In this document: in pieces, positions 61,713 through 64,000 of the stretch | Layout: every line of letters begins with the position of its first letter | Numbering within the stretch: the first letter of the stretch is position 1 | Assembly (NCBI RefSeq): GCF_009914755.1 | Contig: NC_060933.1 | Strand: one strand, 5' to 3' | From: the human T2T-CHM13v2.0 reference genome, Homo sapiens | DNA: 64,000 bases | Made by a program: the position numbers and the translations under genes | The notes under the pieces: model-generated | What the model saw: only the letters and a program-made list of their open reading frames with translations | Database searches by the model: none | What the model was told of the DNA's origin: nothing

Positions 61713-62016
61713 GGCCAGGTGCAGTGGCTCATGCCTATAATCCCAGCATTTTGGGAGGCCGAGGAGGGCAGATCACTTGAGGTCAGGAGTTCGAGACCAG
61801 CCTGGCCAACGTGGTCAAAACCCCTCTACTAAAAATACAAAAATTAGCCAAGTGTGGTGGTGGGTGCCTGTAATCGCAGCTACTGATGATGCTGATGCAG
61901 GAGAATCACTTGAATCCGGGAGGCGGAGGTTGCAGTGAGCCGAGATCCGCCACTGCACTCCAGCCTGGCGACAGAGCAAGACTCTGTCTCAAAAAAAAAG
62001 AAAAAAAAAAAAAAAG
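61713..62016 (+). mobile_element. AluS
   Basis: Full length; the 5' flank tttt/aaaagatgtagcag is not repeated after the tail. Confidence 0.93.
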
Positions 62017-62847
62017 AAATTTCTCTATTGGAATCCATAAGCCTGAATTCAAAATGAAGCATTATAGAAGCAAATTTACTATGTCTACAAGTGTACAGCT
62101 TGGATACATGATTTGGATAAATGATTACTAAATAAACATAGAAAAGTAGCTCCTTCATCCACCTCCTTTCCCTTCATCTATCCCCTTTCCTGGATTTGTA
62201 ATCAAATGACCCTTCAGCCCTAAAGACTCCTGCCAAGCATGAGAGAAGAATGGAGTTAACAGTTTAATTCAATTCAACTCTATGCAATCAGCAGATAATT
62301 CAATGCAAAGGAGTCATCTGTTAGCCTTGTCTCCTAGGAATCCTCCTAGCATCTCCTCACCTTGCTATTGGGAGATGAAACCAGAACTTTTTTTAACTTA
62401 AACGTCAATGTCACTCTTACATTAGGATAGTTTTGTTTATGTCTCCAATTTTTGTTCATGATTAAGGGAGTTACCCTTCATTCCAGATGACATTTGATGC
62501 ACTGGTTGCCTGTATGTAAAAAAAGAACTTAAAAACTCCTCCTGGGACACAATGTTATGAATAAGGGCAGCTGTTTTGATTTATGTAGCACAGTTTTTTT
62601 TGCTGACTCTCCTCTGCTCAGTTTGGTCTTGAGTGTCTAGAATCTTTGTTCCGATTGAGTCTGTGCCCTCCTCCCTCAGCCCCAGACTCCTGGGCCCCGC
62701 GGGCTACAGGACATTCCTGTTTTCTATCTCTGGGCCACCTTTGGTTAAGAATGTTGGCTAACAGAGAACCAATTGCATAGATCTCTCTTCTGACTTGAGA
62801 TGAACATTAAGAGGTGACCCTGTGATCCTGGGTTTTTGTCTTTTCAG

Positions 62848-62932
62848 GACACTGTTTCTGTTCATAGACCAAGCTTTTATGCAGACAGATTTCTTAAGTT
62901 CATGAATTCCAGAGTTTTCAAGAAAATTCAAG
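62848..62932 (+). CDS. PIP5K1B: PIP5K1B coding exon H (85 nt, phase 0 to 1): [28 protein letters not shown]
   Basis: Acceptor tttgtcttttcag|GAC, donor AG|gtaaga; SVHRP..YADRF motif at the end of the kinase domain. Confidence 0.96.
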
Positions 62933-63339
62933 GTAAGATTCTTATGAATTTTTTTTTTTACTTTTAGCAGCTAATTTCATTATGTATCTTTGCAAGATTT
63001 TTATTGGAAGAACTAACACATTTCTCTCCCTGCAGCAGTAATCACTTAGTAATTATGGTTAAGTAACCCAGTCAGGTGTTTATTGATGCCATAATCATTA
63101 GAGTCCTGCTTAGTGGTGAAAAAATTTAGAAGGTATCTAAATGTCCAACCATATAATATATTGGTTAAATATATTATGATACAGTCAAATAATGGAATAG
63201 TATGCACCCAATAAAAATGATGTGTTAGCACATTTAGTTTGCTAAATATAGATGTATTTACCTTTTATGTAGTTATCAGTCTGTATACCTTAAATGCACA
63301 GCAGAATTCTAAGGGAATATACAAAACAGCAGTTATTCT

Positions 63340-64000
63340 CATAGGACATTCTCTAGGATGGATCATATGTTAGGCCACAAAACAAGTCTCAGTACATTTT
63401 AAATGACTGAAATCATACAAAGTATCTTTTCTGATCACAATGGAATGAATCAATAAACAGTGAAAACTGAAAACTTCTCAAGTATTTGAAAATTAAACCA
63501 CACACTCTTAAACTAGCAATGAGTTAAAGAAGAAATTACAAGGAAATTAGAAAAACCTCAAGATGAATGAAAAGGAAAACAAACATACGAAAAATTTATG
63601 GGATGCTGTGAAGGCAGTGCTCTGAGGAAAATTTATAGCTATAAACTCTTACCTTTAAAAAAAAAAAAAAAAAAAGGAGGCCGGGCGCGGTAATCCTAGC
63701 ACTTTGGGAGGCTGAGGCGGGCAGATCACTTGAAGTCAGGCGTTCAAGACCAACTTGGCCAATATGGTGAAACCCCATCTCTACTAAAAATACAAAAATT
63801 AGCCAGACGTCGTGGTATGCACCTGTAATCCTAACTACTTAGGAGGCTGAGGCAGGAGAATCGCTTGAACCCAGGAGGCGGAGGTTGCAGTGAGCCGAGA
63901 TCATGCCACTGTACTGCAGCCTGGGCAACAGAGTGACACTGCGCCTCGAAAAAAAAAAAAAAAAAAAAATGAAAAAAGAAAAATCTCAAATCTATACCCT
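63340..64000 (+). mobile_element. L1M ORF2 fragment (end of endonuclease region), interrupted by an Alu
   Basis: gatcatatgttaggccacaaaacaagtctc...ttttctgatcacaatggaatga...tatgggatgctgtgaaggcagtgct. Confidence 0.8.
63679..63970 (+). mobile_element. AluS with a 13-bp deletion near its 5' end
   Basis: ggccgggcgcgg|taatcc, lacking tggctcacgcctg. Confidence 0.93.

Overview
Primate DNA, almost certainly human, from the middle of PIP5K1B (phosphatidylinositol-4-phosphate 5-kinase type I beta) on the + strand. Eight internal coding exons (3394-3524, 16229-16346, 28508-28660, 33867-34166, 57077-57288, 59008-59091, 59210-59258, 62848-62932; 1132 nt) have canonical AG/GT ends and splice into one stop-free frame covering the PIPK catalytic domain (about T24-Q400, numbering from memory). 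The rest is intron: 25 Alu/FLAM copies, old L1, L2 and MIR fragments, hAT DNA transposons and microsatellites. Almost all other ORFs in the track are repeat-derived or chance. I see no new multi-gene system. The best leads are: (i) an Alu-unique-Alu block (61110-62036) that appears to have been inserted as one unit, with an outer direct repeat and no individual Alu TSDs; (ii) a ~104-bp CpG-rich, poly(A)-tailed insert of unknown origin flanked by a 13-bp direct repeat (6729-6858); (iii) RNA-processing candidates: recursive AG|GT sites, inverted Alus around frame-symmetric exon blocks, antisense-Alu poison exons and a (UG)24-associated cryptic exon; (iv) a cluster of octamer motifs around the 57077 exon. 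Repeat subfamily calls and boundaries were made by eye and are approximate.
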